From: Guillardia theta CCMP2712
Taxonomy: Eukaryota; Protista; Cryptophyta
Assembly (NCBI RefSeq): GCF_000315625.1
Contig: NW_005434511.1
Span: 48,001 to 112,000 of the forward strand
DNA: 64,000 nucleotides
Reading direction: 5' to 3'
Part shown: one piece after another, positions 1 to 13,599 of the stretch
Position numbering within the stretch: position 1 is the first letter of the stretch
Layout: every line of letters begins with the position of its first letter
Notes under the pieces: generated by a model
Database searches by the model: none
What the model was told of the DNA's origin: nothing
The model's input: only the letters and a program-made list of their open reading frames with translations
Position numbers and translations under genes: made by a program

Positions 1-761
1 TTTAGACCGTTACAACAATTTAGATCAGGCACCAGTGATGTTGGCTGAGCCGCCTGAGTGACTGATCATCCTGCTGCAGATCCTGCTGATCATCCTGCTG
101 ATCACTGTCCCTCAGTGAGCCGCTGATCATCGCCGGGACTCCAGGATGTTGAATGTCAGTCAATAAAGAATGTTGTCAGTCATGATGTTGAATGTTGTCA
201 TGAAGTGTTAATGTTTGTTGTTACTCAGTGTTGCCAGTCAAGTTGAATGACTCAAACGGCAGAAAAGGCAAACCCGGTCGGAGCAAAACATCCGTACCTG
301 GAGTGAAGGGAACAAACTCAGTTTAGGCCCTTTGCAAGTTATGGGTGGCAGAGCTCGAGCGATGATCAGAAATTGCCCGGCGGATTTCTTTGCGCCTCCT
401 GTCAGCGCCGTGTCAGCAGGAGCGAAACAAAACAAATTATAGACCACCCCACCAAATATATTAATAAATGAATTAAAAGGAGGGGTAAAGAGATAATTTG
501 ATAGCTTTTTTTAAGGTATGTCAGCTGTTAGTTCTCATGTTCTTCTCGAATGCTCCCCGTCCCCGTTCCACAACAGCTTTCTCCCGCAGAAGTCCATCCT
601 TCCTCCTTCCTCCCTCTTCTTCTCCTTTCCCTCCTCGTCCTCCCCCTGCTTCTCCCGCCTCTCCCCCTGCATCCTTCTGCTCCTGCTCAACAACCCCGTG
701 CCCCCATAAGCGAACTTCAACTAACCCCAGTGCTGAGTTACGTCCTCAGGTCCATCCCACA

Positions 762-2267
762 ATGCAGTGGTGCGTCGTACACGATGTGGAAGCAGAAGCT
801 GTAACGCTTTCATGGAGCAAAGTTCCTAACGCGGTGAAGTACGAAGTTCAGATCAAGCAGGAGGAGGGAGGAGACTTCACTACCATCTCCGATAGCCTGA
901 CCTCAACACTGGTCCGCAAGAAGAATCTGAAACCCAACACTGAGTACTTCGCGCGCGTGCGGCATCGAGATGCTCTGGACTGGTCAGGCTTCTGTGAGCC
1001 TGTCTCCTTCCACACCCTTGCAGGGCAGGACGTGAAGCGCCTTGAGCACCCCCAGGTTGTGAGCAGGGACGGCGAGTCCATCACGTTGCAATGGCCGACA
1101 GCTCCTGATTGCGAGTCTTACACCGTCGAGATCCGATCTGACAAGGATCCGACGTGGAGGACGATATCAGATCATCTCAAGAACAACATCGTACGAAAGA
1201 AGAACCTCGAGAAGCATGTCATGTACTACTTCAGGTGAAAGTCGTTGACGCATATCAGGTTGCTCACCCGCTGTCAGGGTGAAGCCGAATCTCGCGGAGG
1301 GTAGCGGTTCATGGTTCTTCAGCCCTCCTTCAGAGGGAGCCATGTTGGCGGATCTCCCACCCTTCCTCTCCAACCTCCTCAGCCCGACCCTCGTGGATGC
1401 CCAGGGTACCTCCAAGCCTGTTAGCTCCCTTGCCGGGTATGTGACGTGTTTCATCGTTCTGTTCTCTGTTCTCTGTTCTGTGCTCTGCTCTGCTCTTCTT
1501 TGCACTGTACTGTACTGTACTGTACTGTACTGTACTGTTCTGTTCTGTTCTGTTCTTTCTGTTCATTCTTTTATTTTTACATCAAAATCTCTCTTTGATA
1601 CCGTTTGTTCCTGTTTGAACCTTGTTACTGGCACTGATCTACTTTCTCCCATCAGATGTGTTGTAGCGCTGTACTGCTCTGCATCCTGGTGCGGCCCTTG
1701 CAGGCAATTTACCCCGCAGCTCTCGCAGGTCTACTGACAGACTTGTGCTGCTCGTGGTGCTGATTTGCTGCAGTTCTATACCCAGATGAAACAGTTAGGC
1801 AAACCATTCGAGGTTGTTTTCCTCAGCTGCGACAGAGACAGGTTTGTTTTCTCTTGTCTCATGCTCCTTGTCTTTCAGCTTGTTCTCGGATGGCTGTTGA
1901 CACTTCCTCCCTCCCTCCCTCCCTCCCTCCCCTCCCTCGTCATCCCTCCCTCCCTTCCCTTTCCGCTCCTTGCTCTATTCTTTCTCTTTCTCTTCACCTT
2001 TCTTGCTTGCCGACTCCTTCTGGCTCCTTGCTCCCCATCGTGATCGTTTACATGGGCAGCAAGTCCTTCACAAACTACTTCGGGCACATGCCGTGGCTCG
2101 CTGTACCCTTTGACTCCGATAAGCGAGAAAATGCCCTCGGAGCTCTACAGGTATGTGAGACAAGGGGGATCGTTTCCTTTCGCCTCCCCTTTCTACCAGT
2201 CCTGCTTGTGCCGTCCCTGTCCTGCCGTTGTCCCTGTCCCTGCCCCTGCCCCTGCCCCTGCCCCTGC

Positions 2268-2318
<51 letters not shown>

Positions 2319-2560
2319 CGTCCCCGTCCCCGTCCCTGCCCCTGCCCCTGCCCCTGTCCCTCTACCTTTACCTGTACCTCTGACTCTCTCCCGTCTGTCT
2401 CTAGCTCTGTTTCTCATGGCACCTGAGAGTGTTGCTACAGGTTGAAGGGATCCCGAAGCTTGTGATCGTTGGAGCGAATGGGATGGTATTGCAAGACAAT
2501 GCAGTCGGCACTCCCCTGAACGCTCAGAAATTGGATTCTTGGATAGCAGGCAGACCTTAA
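762..2560 (+). CDS. Tandem fibronectin-III domains fused to a nucleoredoxin/tryparedoxin-type thioredoxin domain (spliced, ~6 exons)
   Basis: Two FN3 repeats (VTLSWSKVPNAVKYEVQ...NLKPNTEYFARVR; ITLQWPTAPDCESYTVE...YYFRVK), followed across GT-AG introns (e.g. 1235-1277, 1437-1655) by VALYCSASWCGPCRQFTPQL, FEVVFLSCDRD, MPWLAVPFD and VEGIPKLVIVG; TAA ends at 2560. Confidence 0.85.
2230..2360 (+). repeat. (CCCTGY)n hexamer microsatellite inside an intron
   Basis: Run of ccctgc/ccctgt units; produces spurious PC/PV/GT-repeat ORFs. Confidence 0.9.
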
Positions 2561-2716
2561 GGGCGCCAAACAATCTTTGCCTGTCCTCCCCTCCCCTCCT
2601 TGCCTGCCCTCTCTAGAATCTCTCTGTCCTGACATCTCTGCATCGACTTGATGCCAGAAACAGTAAACTTCATGTCCCTGTGAGGAGCAAGAGATTCGTA
2701 TTGACAACACGAAAGA

Positions 2717-3527
2717 TTACTCATTCTCGCGCTCGAAATACCGATCTATTCCATGACACTCCTCCCAGAAGATGTTCTGCATCCTTTGCAAACGGTCTTC
2801 TATTTCCCTTACATCCTTTCCTTGATCCTGAAACACCATCAATCCAATGGACTGATGTGCTCTACCCCACTTACCTTGAGAGAAATGCACCTTCTTCGAA
2901 GAAGTTCCATTTTCCGCACCATGGTCTGCAAAGCACGTTCCTGCAGTTGCATCACTTCTTCACTGCGTGCCTGGAACAACACCTGAGATCCTTTCTCCTT
3001 CAGCGGAGCATCGAAGTATTTTTCTCTGCCTGTTCAGGATAGCACATGAGAAAAGAGGGGAGGAAGACAGCGAAGTGATCTTCACCTTCGCAAACGTCTC
3101 CTCGTATTCAAAATTGACATCATCTTCATTGTAGGGATTGAATTCTAATTCAGACCTGCAACCCGACAGGAGGACATCACAAAGTTCAAAAAAACGAGTT
3201 TCAAATCATCCTCCTCCTCCTCACCATCACAAGCAGCATTATAGAAATACTATTACCACCTTCACCACCATCATGGTTATCGTTTTCGTATCAAAAACAT
3301 CGTAATCGTCATCTTCATCGTCATCACCATCACCACCACAGACGCCGCCGTCGCTGCCGCCGCCAACACCACCATAATCGCCATCATCATCCTTGTCATC
3401 ATCATCAAAAACATCCTCACCATCCTCCTCCTCCCCATCTCCATCAGCCTCCTCCTCCTCCTCCTCATCATCATCATCATCATCATCATCTTTCATCTTC
3501 ATCATCGTCGTCATCATAATCATCATT

Positions 3528-3563
<36 letters not shown>

Positions 3564-3607
3564 TTTCATCTTCATCATCGTCGTCATCATCATCATCATC
3601 ATCATCA

Positions 3608-3641
<34 letters not shown>

Positions 3642-4733
3642 AATAATAACAAGTATGATCATTATCACGTGTCATCTTCGGAGTCTTCCAAAGGCCCCTC
3701 AGCTACTGGCGCTCTTTCTGTCTTGGAACTGTTGACATTGGAGCTTCTTCGAAGTTTCAACTCCTCCTTCCCTTGCTCATCCTGTTCACATGTAAAGTTC
3801 TTCTGCTGTGAAGCAAGCGTCTTGCAAATGCAAAGGGAGTCGATGGCACTGGTATCGTTGCCTACCCCCACTGCTGCCTCCAGCACATGATTGCGAACAG
3901 ACGACAGTCGTCCGGAGTCCAACAGCTTGTCCAGCTCGTCAACCTTTCTCAAAATTGTTGTCTGCAATTCATCCATCTCCTTGGAAAACGAAGTGATGGA
4001 ATGAAAGTGATGATCGTCAAACATATGTTCACGAGTCCTGTGGTCCCAGACTGACAGCGCTACCAGCCGTTTGGCCTTGTAGAGCTCATCAATGACTTTC
4101 ACCCTGCAGCGCATGCTGTAAGAGAGCGATGTTACAAGTTCAAGGTGACTTGCCTTCTGTTCAAACTCTTCCAGAAGATCTCCAATGGCTGCATAGTCAC
4201 TATATCCTCTGGGTTTTCGAGGAAACGCAACACGCTTCGACTCATTCGTACAATCTTCAACGCCTGGGTTTGCATCCTTGCATTCATATCGTCGAAGTTG
4301 CCCTCCAGTTTAGCATAGTTCTCAGGCGGCTGCTCGCTCACCCACATGCTCGCCCTTCCTTGAAGCATCGAGTTCATCTCATGAATGTCTTCTAGCTCGT
4401 ATAAAAGAGTGTCGATGCAACAGCCTGGCCAGCTCTTACACGAAGGATAGCATGTGACTTTCTTGGGCATCGAGCTCCGTGCTGGCGCCTGATGGACTTG
4501 GGTCGGTGGCAGGGTGTTTGAGCATGGTGAAGAAAGGGGAATGAGGAGGAGAGTGAAAATCCCCAGAAAGTGAGGAGCGTACCGCAAAGACCACATGGAG
4601 GGACAGCGTTGAGAAAGAGTGAAGGCAGGGGTTGCAAGCTGAGTCAGTTCAAGTTGTTCCTGCTCCTGTTGTTCTAGTGCTGCCTCTCACTCTTGCTCCT
4701 CGTCCTCGTCCTCCGTTACCGCTCCTCCGCCAT
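2717..4733 (-). CDS. Hypothetical coiled-coil protein (spliced)
   Basis: Minus-strand ORFs 4132-4468 and 3665-4114, plus small GT-AG-bounded exons (SELEFNPYNEDD..., ERALQTMVRKMELLRRRCISLK, DQGKDVREIEDRLQRMQ...ENE*). No family recognised; start uncertain. Confidence 0.5.
3300..3645 (+). repeat. (CAT/CGT)n trinucleotide microsatellite in an intron
   Basis: Long imperfect catcatcat run that generates poly-M/D/H shadow ORFs. Confidence 0.9.
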
Positions 4734-5358
4734 GCGCGTTTCTGTCAATGCATCCGGTGGTGCTGATGGAATTAGCATGGTAGGGTACTGTAAGTACCGG
4801 TGTTATTGAAAGACTTTGGAGGGGTGCTTGCATTACTGTGTGGGGTACTCAAGGATACACTTTGGTCAGTCGGCCTCAGGATAAATAATAGGAAATAAAA
4901 TAAGACACTAACTATTACATTACGAATTATTACCCTGTGGAGGTTGATGTCCTTGTTGCTATGGAGAACGAAGGGCGAAAATGCCAACACTAGTTGCGAG
5001 AGAGCAAGAGGGAGAGCAGGCAGGGACTGTCATGGCAGGGAGGAGCAGAGAGGAGCAGAGAGGAGCAGGGAGCAGCAGGGAGGATGAGAACGGGTTGGAA
5101 TGGGGATGGGATTGATGGAAGTAGCTAGTCTATGGGAGACAGATTTCTTGTAGGCAAGCTGTGCAAAGTAGAGACGAAGGTGATAGCCGGAAGTGATAGG
5201 ATGAGCTCAACAAGGACAACAGACGTGTCTCAACTTGGCTGATACATGCCGCAGACAATGATTGTCCATGACGGGAGACGATCGACCATGACGGGAGACA
5301 ACGCTGCGAGAGCTTGATTCTGCTAACATATTGATCGCCCACTGGGCATCTCGACCAG

Positions 5359-8300
5359 ATGTCAACGGACACGTGGAAGCATGTGATGGTGTACCTTGCG
5401 AGTGGATATTACGACATGGAAGGTGTTGCGTGCTGCTGTAATGTTGTTGGCATGATGCGAGCGATGCCGCAGGGGAGAGGAGAGTTATCTTCAACGAGAT
5501 CCTGCCACAACTCCAGAAAAACTGCGTCCCGATGCGTGTTCAGGTGGAGCAGCTTGTCGTCTCGTTGACATGGTTGTTCTGTCTGACTGCCCTACAACAC
5601 CTTCAGGTTCATTTTGTTGACATCCGATCCGGGTTGACGGAGCATGACTGGTGGAAGATTCTTGAGATGGTATGCAGAGTTGAGATTTCACCTTGATAAC
5701 ACCCCTATCCAATTCTTTGTGCAGAAATCCTCATTTTCGATTCGATCCCTTCCATTGAAGATGTTTGTTTTGTTGTTGCCTTCACAGTCTTCTAGACAGG
5801 ATTGTTGTCAAGCTTGTTTTGATTGTTGTCTATTCTCGATGCTATCCTCTTCTCCACCAACGTCGATTACAATGCCTCCTCCTCTTCCTCTCACCCGTTC
5901 CCTCCCTCTCTCCGTCCCTCCCTCCGTCCCTCCCTCCTTCGTTCTCACTGTCCTTGGTCAGAGCTCCTTCATACCGATCCTCAACGAGATCGATCGCTGC
6001 GCTCCTTTCTTCATCGGGCTGTACGGGGAGAAGTACGGCCGTTTCATCAAGGACTACCGGTTTCCGGAGAGTCCCAGTTGGAACAGGATCCGCAGCATGC
6101 TTCCTCCTGGACGGTCCCTCCTAGAGCTCGAGACGTTCTGGGGGACTCTGAAGGATCCGAAGAAATGTAACCCTCTCTTCTACTTCAGGGATGCCACCTT
6201 CCTGTCCTCGGACAAGTTCAAGGCTGACGAGAGTCTGTTCTGCTCCTCGGAGAAGTCGGGCCCGCTGACCAGTAAGTATCCGGACAGGAAGACTGACTTC
6301 TCGATCGGGTACGCGTACCGAGCGGAGAGCTTGGAGGCGTCGAAGCGCATGCTCGACCTCAAGAGGCAGATCATAAAGGCCCACGGGCTGGACTGTGTTC
6401 TAATGGACTACAAGTGTACATACCTGGGCCCAGTCGACCAGATGGCTGTGGTCGGCGACTTGGACGAGTTCAAGGTCCACCTGACCAAGAACCTTTTCGA
6501 GAGGATTATCAGTCGCTTCCCCCCCTCTACCTCTGCCGTGGACCTGCTCTCCATCGAGGACGACTACCACAAGGCTTGCCTGAACGAACAGCTCCGCTTC
6601 CGTATGGTAGGAAGGAAGGAGCTCTTGGATGCTGTCGTGGAGTACTGCCTCGATCCCTCAGACGATGGTGATCCAGAGTTCGAAGCTCCTCCGCTGGTCA
6701 TGCATGGCAAGCCCGGAGTCGGCTTGTCCTGCCTTGTGTCCAACGTCGTGGATACTCTGAGAGATAGGAGGGACTTCAAGAGCGATGTTGTAATCTACCA
6801 CTTCATTGGGGCCTCCCCCCGGTCCAGGAATGTCAGGACCATCCTTGAGCGGCTGTGCAACATGATCTCCCGCGGGTTCAACTTCAACTTCGTCATCCCC
6901 ACCGACTTTGTCAACCTCGTCACCTGCTTCGAGCTCCTCCTCCAACACTCCCACAAGTCCCGGGGGAACAGGCTGGTGATCTTTCTGGATGGGGTAGATC
7001 AGATGGATGCGGACTACCATGGTGAAGTCCTGCACTGGCTGCCCGTAAAGAGCCATGCTCGCATCATCGTCTCCATGCATACAAGCTCGGATTCTTACCA
7101 GTCCATGAAGAGGAGGTACGGGGCCGGCATCCGGGACCTCCAGGTCCCCGACCTGACCGTCGAAGGCAGCAGGGAGATTCTTGCTGATCGGATGTTCACT
7201 GCGCACAGATCGTTATCTATCAAGCAGATGAATATGTTGATGGACAAGGTGGAAGGCAGGAGGCCGTTGTACCTGATGTTGGCAGCTTCGGAGATCATGG
7301 TCAGTGCACACGAAAATTCTCCTTTGTCTGCTTTTGCCGACACGTTCGCGCTCGTTCGTGATTGCATTCGTGTGTGTCTGCTCTGTTTCCTGCATGCCAT
7401 CGATCTATGTTGTCGTCATTGTCATCTTTCTTGTTGCTGCCGAATGTCACACTCTCACTCTTCAATAATCTGAATCCTTCAATATTGCATTTCCTATTCC
7501 CCATCTTTCCCTTGCGCTATCCATGTTGTTCCTCTCATTCTCCCTATCATCCTTTATCGCACTCACCCGCAACCCGCAGGTCTTCAGCTCCAAACAACCT
7601 GACGTGTCAACAGACACAAGGATGGACAACTTTGTTTACCGGATGAGTCCGACTTCCATCGGCCTATGTCGGCAGACTTTCATGCGCTGGATCGAAGAGT
7701 TTCCTGTAGAGATCTTTGGCAACCTCGTACAAGATCTCATCTGCCTGCTCGCCTGCTCCAGACACGGTCTGCAGGAGGACGAGATTCTTGAGTTGATCTC
7801 CCACCGAGATCCTCGCACGTTTGAGGGTTCTGGGCTGGACTACCCGGAAGTTCCCCTTCCCCGCCTGATGTACGTCCAGTGCTTTGATCGGATTGAGCTG
7901 TTTGTGCGCGGGGGGCCGAGATGGTCCATCAGGATCGTCCAGTTTGCTTTTTCGGTGAGTTGTGAGATGTTTGAAACACTACGAAGCATGTTGGGTGTGA
8001 TGTTGAGTGTTGATGTAGTCTTCTTTGCTTGTTGAGAGGTTGCGATGTGGATGACGATGTTGCTTGCTGCTTGTGAGCGTTCAAGTGCGCGTGCTAAGAG
8101 AAAGCTCCATCGTGCTCCTGCTATCTTCCCTTTGACGCTGTTCTCCTCCACAGGCTATCGTCAGAGCGATTCAGAAAACTTTCTTCCCCGACAACTTCGA
8201 CGCCTCCAAGTTGTGGGTGAAACTTTATTCCTTCGCCATCGCAAGGGACCGAGCGCGGCGCTTTACCTCCAGCAGCGCGGCCAACGCGTCCGACATGGTC

Positions 8301-11300
8301 GGCGATGCCATGAAGAACATCGGGACGAAGAACCTTGAGGAGAGGTACCACTCGCGCATCGCCAAGTACCTCAGGGACAAGGAGACCAACAACGAGGACG
8401 CGCGCGCGTCGTGGGGGGGGACGTTCCCCCGGGCTGTGAAGGAGCTGCCGTACCACCTGACTCAAAGTAGAGGATGGAGCAGGCTAGAGGAAGTTGTGCT
8501 CGACCTGCGCTTCATTGAGGCAAAGTTCCGCCTTCACATGGGGCACGACCTCCTGCAGGACCTTGTGCTCAGCGTGCAGGCCAAGGCGCCGGAAGCTGCC
8601 AGGACGGGGAAGTGGGGCCACGGCCACAAGAGGATACAGGACATGCACAGATTCATATCCCAGAACTTCAAGAAGATCTCGTCCGACGCCTCCTCTACCT
8701 TCCAGCTCGCCGCCAACAACTCCTCCTCCTCCACTCTCGCGCGCATCGCGCTAAGGCACTGGCAGGATGGCTCGATCCGCCAGCCCTGGTTCCGATGGCT
8801 CAACAAGCCGGCTGAGATCGATCCTCTCATCCTTATCATGGAGGGTCACACCGCTCCTGTCAACCGCGTCCGCTTCTCCTCCGACGGCCTCCGTATCCTC
8901 TCCGCCAGCGAGGATTCTTCCATGTGCCTGTGGGACGCGTTCAGCGGGGAGCTGATAGGCAAGCTCTTCGGCCACTACCTCCCTATCCTCTCTGCGCCTT
9001 CATCCCTGGCTTCGGAGGAGGCGAGCTCCGCGGCCGCGTGCAGAGCTCGGACTGGACTGCCATCTCAGCCAGCAGAGACAAGACGATGAAAGTTTTCGAC
9101 CTTGCTTCGGGTCAGGAGGTGAAGCAGCTCAAAGGGCACATAGGACGCGTCCTGTGTGTAGCCGTCAAGTCCATCCTTGAGCTCCAGGAGGACGGGGAGC
9201 TGAAGAGGCGGCTGCTGGGGGCGACTGGCTCGTGGGACAGGAGCTGTAAGATATGGGACTTGGACCAGGACGAGGTTCTGCATGACATGGGGGGCCCGGA
9301 GTCCACCAACACTTGTCCGAACAGCGCTGGTCACCAGAACACGGTGAGAGACGTCAGTTTCAGCCCCGACGGCTCCGTCCTCGCTACTGGCTCCGACGAC
9401 GAGACGGTTCGGCTGTGGAACGTGCAGACTGGGGAGGAGATCAAATGCTTCCTGGGGCATGACAACGCTGTGATGAGCGTAGACTACAGCAGCAACGGTG
9501 AGCTGGTGCTTTCTGCTAGCCTGGACGGGACCCTCAAAGTCTGGGACACGTCGGAGCCAGGAGGAGGAGCTGACTCTTTCTTTGACAAGACGAGCAACTC
9601 TTGGCTGAAGATTCGCAAGGAGATCCTGACGCTGGTGGGGAACCTGTCGGGCGTTCTTGAGGGGAGGATGGCGAGCGATATGGAAACGGCAGTATCAGCA
9701 GGGAAGGACGGGACCGTCCGCATCTACAGTGTCAAAATCAGTCCACACCACATGCTGGAAAGGAAGAGAGGGCAGCTAGTTCAAATTCCTCCTACAGTCA
9801 CGCTCTTCGGCCACCAGGGGAGCGTCAACACCGTTGCCGTCTCCCCGGACTCTTGGCGGGTCACGTCAGCAGGAGAGGACGGAGCCTTGCGAATGTGGGA
9901 CCTTGGAGGAAGCGGAGTTCCGGAGAAGCAGGGCCACAAGCTGGCGTGCGGGGGCCTGTCCTACGACAGGTTCGGGGAGAACCTGGTTAGCTGCGGGCAG
10001 GACGGGAGCATCAAACTGTGGGACGGGAAGCAAGGGCTGTTCCTCCGAGAAGTTGCCAAGAAGGAGGTACAGTACAACCGATGCTCCGTGTCTCCCGACG
10101 GCTGCGGGTCGCCGCCATCTGCCAGGACGGCGTGCTGAGGGTGTACGACATCAAGACTGGCAAGCCCATCATAACTCAGCGTCACTCCTACCTCTCGTGC
10201 TCCGCCGTCTCCTTCTCCAACGGGATGGGCTTCAACATCGCCACGGGCTCCGACGACGGGACGGTCAAGTTCTGGTCGGCCGACGACGGGACTCTTAAGG
10301 GCTCGCTGGACGCACACGTGCAGCCGGCCGGAGCGAACAGGATGAGGAAGTTCGCGGCGGTCAATGACGTCTCCTACAGCCCCGACAACGGCCAGCTGGT
10401 CTCCTGCTCATCGGACATGACGGTCAAGTACTGGCTGAGGGCGTACGACTGGTCCGGCGACCCCAACGCCGCTGAGGACTTTGGGCAGCTGAAGGATGAC
10501 TTGGGGCCAGAGGAGAAGAGGAGAATGAACAGGAAGAAGCTGGTGAACGTGAAGAGGAGGGAGAAGGAGGCGACGATGACGGAAGACGAGAAGCTGGCGA
10601 GGAGGAAGAAGCAGGAGAGGGAGATGAAGGTGAAGGCGGCCAAGCTGGAGTCTGACCTGACCAGAGGGTTGGAGGTGGAGGAGGAGTCGTCCTCTGACGA
10701 CAGCCTCCTCGACGACAACGACATCATGCTCATCGAAAAGGCGCTGGACGAGCAGGAGGAGGAAGATGTCACCCTCCAGACTCGCTCTTCCATGCCCCAG
10801 AAGTGGAGGCTGGTCTCCACCCTCCGAGGGCACAGCGGACCAGTCCTCTCCGCCTCCTTCGACTCGGCAGGCAAACGGGTCCTCTCCTCCTCTGCAGATG
10901 GGACAGTCCGCGTGTGGACGGCCAACTTCGAAGCTAACAGCCCCAAGAAGTCGGACAGCAGAGCGAACACGGCGTCCTCGGAGGAGGAGGAGGAGGCTGG
11001 CCATGGTGGAAGGAGCCAGGGCCCGGCAAGGAACAGCTGCCTGACTGTCATCGACGTTCATCACGGGCCTGTCAGGTCAATCCGCTGCACTCCCGACGGC
11101 GCCGCCTTCTTCCTCGTCTCCGAGGGCATCCCAGGTGACCCCCAGCTGGAGAGCACGACCAGCAGAGCTGACTGACAGTATGCAGGAGCCGTGAACGCGT
11201 CTAGAGGAGGCCTGCTGACGGTCTGGGACGCTTGGGGCTACAATCAGCTGGGCTCCTTCGAACTGATAGGCAGGGGCGTCGGGCTTGCCTGCAGCGGCCA

Positions 11301-11442
11301 CACTCCATACTCAGTCGCCTGCAGCGATGAGGACGGGCAAGTGTACGTCTGCAGCTACGGTTACCAGGAGCCCTTCATTCCGAAGCCAACCCGCGCGTTA
11401 CCCAACCCGCTCCGGCCCTCCGGCTTCTGCTCCATCCTCTAA
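5359..11442 (+). CDS. TEP1/NWD-like DUF4062-NACHT-WD40 STAND protein (spliced; two apparent single-base frameshifts)
   Basis: N-terminal VYLASGYYDMEGERRVIFNEILPQLQ and LNEIDRCAPFFIGLYGEKYG (DUF4062-like); P-loop-like GKPGVGLS, YHFIGAS, Walker B LVIFLDGVDQ, WLP, PLYL; ACSRHGLQEDE, ELPYHL, FIEAKF; many GH...WD repeats from ~8840 to 11400. Confidence 0.85.
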
Positions 11443-11835
11443 CTCCCCCCCCCCCCCCCCTCCACTGCTGCCGGCTCCTTGCCCTGTAGATAGCGTAGAT
11501 AGTATGCCGAAGTTCCTTTCGCCACTTCTCCCCTGTAGTGCCTGCATTCTTCAGTGTAAATCAAACGTCAAATTTCCCCGTGGAGCTCGCATTTTAGACA
11601 TCACTATTTACAAGGAACTTGTGGCTGCTAGGGTGACGAGACGATATGAGGGCATCCAACAACAGCATCTCCCTCCCTTTCTCATGAGGGCATCCAACAA
11701 CAGCATCTCCCTCCCACTCTCAATCGCAACCTGGCCTAGAATTGCATCTCTAGCGTTGCGAAACTGCCGTTATTGTCCATGGTGAAGTTCCTGACAGGTC
11801 AAAGTCAATCGTCGTCAATCGTGTAACGTGACCTC

Positions 11836-13486
11836 CTACATCTCGGATCGAGGGTTTTGATACCACGGCGAAGCAAGATCTGCCTCGCAGAGCTGTTGAG
11901 CAACCGGTGAGGAACTTGAAATTGGAGGAAGACAAAGTCGTACATAGATGTTTTCCCGGCACAGATGCATCTCCTCCTTGACCCTGACATAAATATCCTC
12001 GTCAGCCTCCACTGGCCTCCCACCCCTCGCCTGTCTTCCTCTCCCCTTCCCCTCTCCCCTCTCCATCTCCCATCGCGTATCCTCCTCCCCTCCCATCCCC
12101 TCCCCTTCGTCCTCGTCCTCCCCTCTTCTCCTCCTTCCCTCCTCCTCCCTTCCCTCCCCTCACCTGATCGTGTCTGTGCTCCCAAACCGGAAAGGATTCT
12201 CAAGCTGTCGCTCGAGGGAGATCAGAGCGACAAGCAGCACCGAGATCAAGCTCGCAAACGCGCAGGCAAAGCCCACGTTGTTCTCGCTCCCCTCTCCTCG
12301 CGCGATGTGCAGGAAGTAGGGCCCGTAGAACATCGGCATGATCTGCGTCGTGATGAGGCTGAGGGCGCGGAGGGAGGCGGAAGTTCTGTAGACTTTGAAG
12401 GCCCAGAGGTTCTCGAAGGACTTGTTGAGGAACATAACGTACTGACAGCACGCAGAGTCAGCTCGGGCGAGCGAGCAAGGCGAGCGAGCAGAGCAGCCTC
12501 TACCTCCCTACCTGATTCAATCTGCTTGACTCGTTGCCTGGCATGCCGGCAGCCTTGAGCTCTTCAGTCGCCCGATGCAGTCGCCCGATCAATCTCACCA
12601 GCATATCCCTCCCATGCTTCTCTGCCTTCTCTACCAGATCCTTCTCCGTCGTCCCGCAGCACCCGTTCATGTGCCGCATCCTCCCCCGCCGCGGCACCAG
12701 CAGCAGCTCCTCCAACGAGTCCACGATGGCGAGCAGGAGGGTCTTGACCCGCGCTTGGTGGTTGCGATTGAGCTCAACCAGCCCCTTGGCCTTGATCCTC
12801 CTGTCAGACTGACCTGGGGGAGCAGGAGGAGCTGTACTCAGCTCGTCCCTCCCGTACCATCCTGTAGATGATGCCCAATCCCACACAGCATGAGCGAGAA
12901 AGATATTGACCACTTGTGTGCGGAAGGTACACAGCTCTGCGATCGCCTGCTCTCTGCGCTTGAAGGCGTTGGTGATGCTGTTCGAGATCGGAAACACCAG
13001 CATGATACTCACTGCTACCCAGTTCATGTTCGTGCTGAACTTCGAACCGTACCTGTCATACAGCAGCACGCTTGCCACAGAGATCAGAACAGCAGAAAGA
13101 GCGTCAGGGATCATGATGAGCTGTAGGAGGAGCTTGAATGCACCAGCAAAGTCTAGGACGGTGGCCCACCATGTCCTGGGGACGAGGACGGAGCCGCCGA
13201 GAGCTCCGCGTGTCCTGTACCTAAAGTAGAACCATTCTGAACGGCCTGACTTTGTTCGCGAGCCTTCAGCATGGTTGTTGTACCGCATCTTGTACATCTC
13301 TCCTGCTGTGTCTCTTTGTGTTCCACGTGATGCATTTGGTAGCTGCGTCCCAAGACCAGTCTCTGCATGCGCTGGATCTGTTTGGGTGTTGGTGTTTTCT
13401 GCGTGCATGGTTGTTCCTTCGTTTCCCCACAACTTCGACTCTCCCTCTATGTCCCCTCCTCCTCCTCTCTTGGATCTACCGGCCAA
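11836..13486 (-). CDS. Bestrophin-like anion channel family protein, copy 1 (spliced)
   Basis: TM segments followed by LVFPISNSITNAFKRREQA; later YRTSASLRA, two TMs and ERQLENPF, the bestrophin-type ENPF motif; last exons end CEADLASPWYQNPRSEM*. Confidence 0.7.
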
Positions 13487-13599
13487 CTTCCCCTCCTCTC
13501 CCTCTCTCCTCTCCTCTCCCTCTCTCCTCTTCTCTCCTTCTCTTCTCTCCTCTCCTTCTCTTCTCTCCTTTCATTCTCGTCCCTCACATTCTAAGCCCC

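Noticed and set aside
3239-3890. Poly-M/D/H/S and PC-repeat ORFs, here and at 2110-2573, 43002-43638 and 58831-59128
   Set aside because: They are translations of intronic or intergenic microsatellites
8924-10138. Programmed -1 ribosomal frameshifting in the WD40 gene
   Set aside because: No X XXY YYZ slippery heptamer at the junctions, and similar single-base losses occur in several unrelated genes
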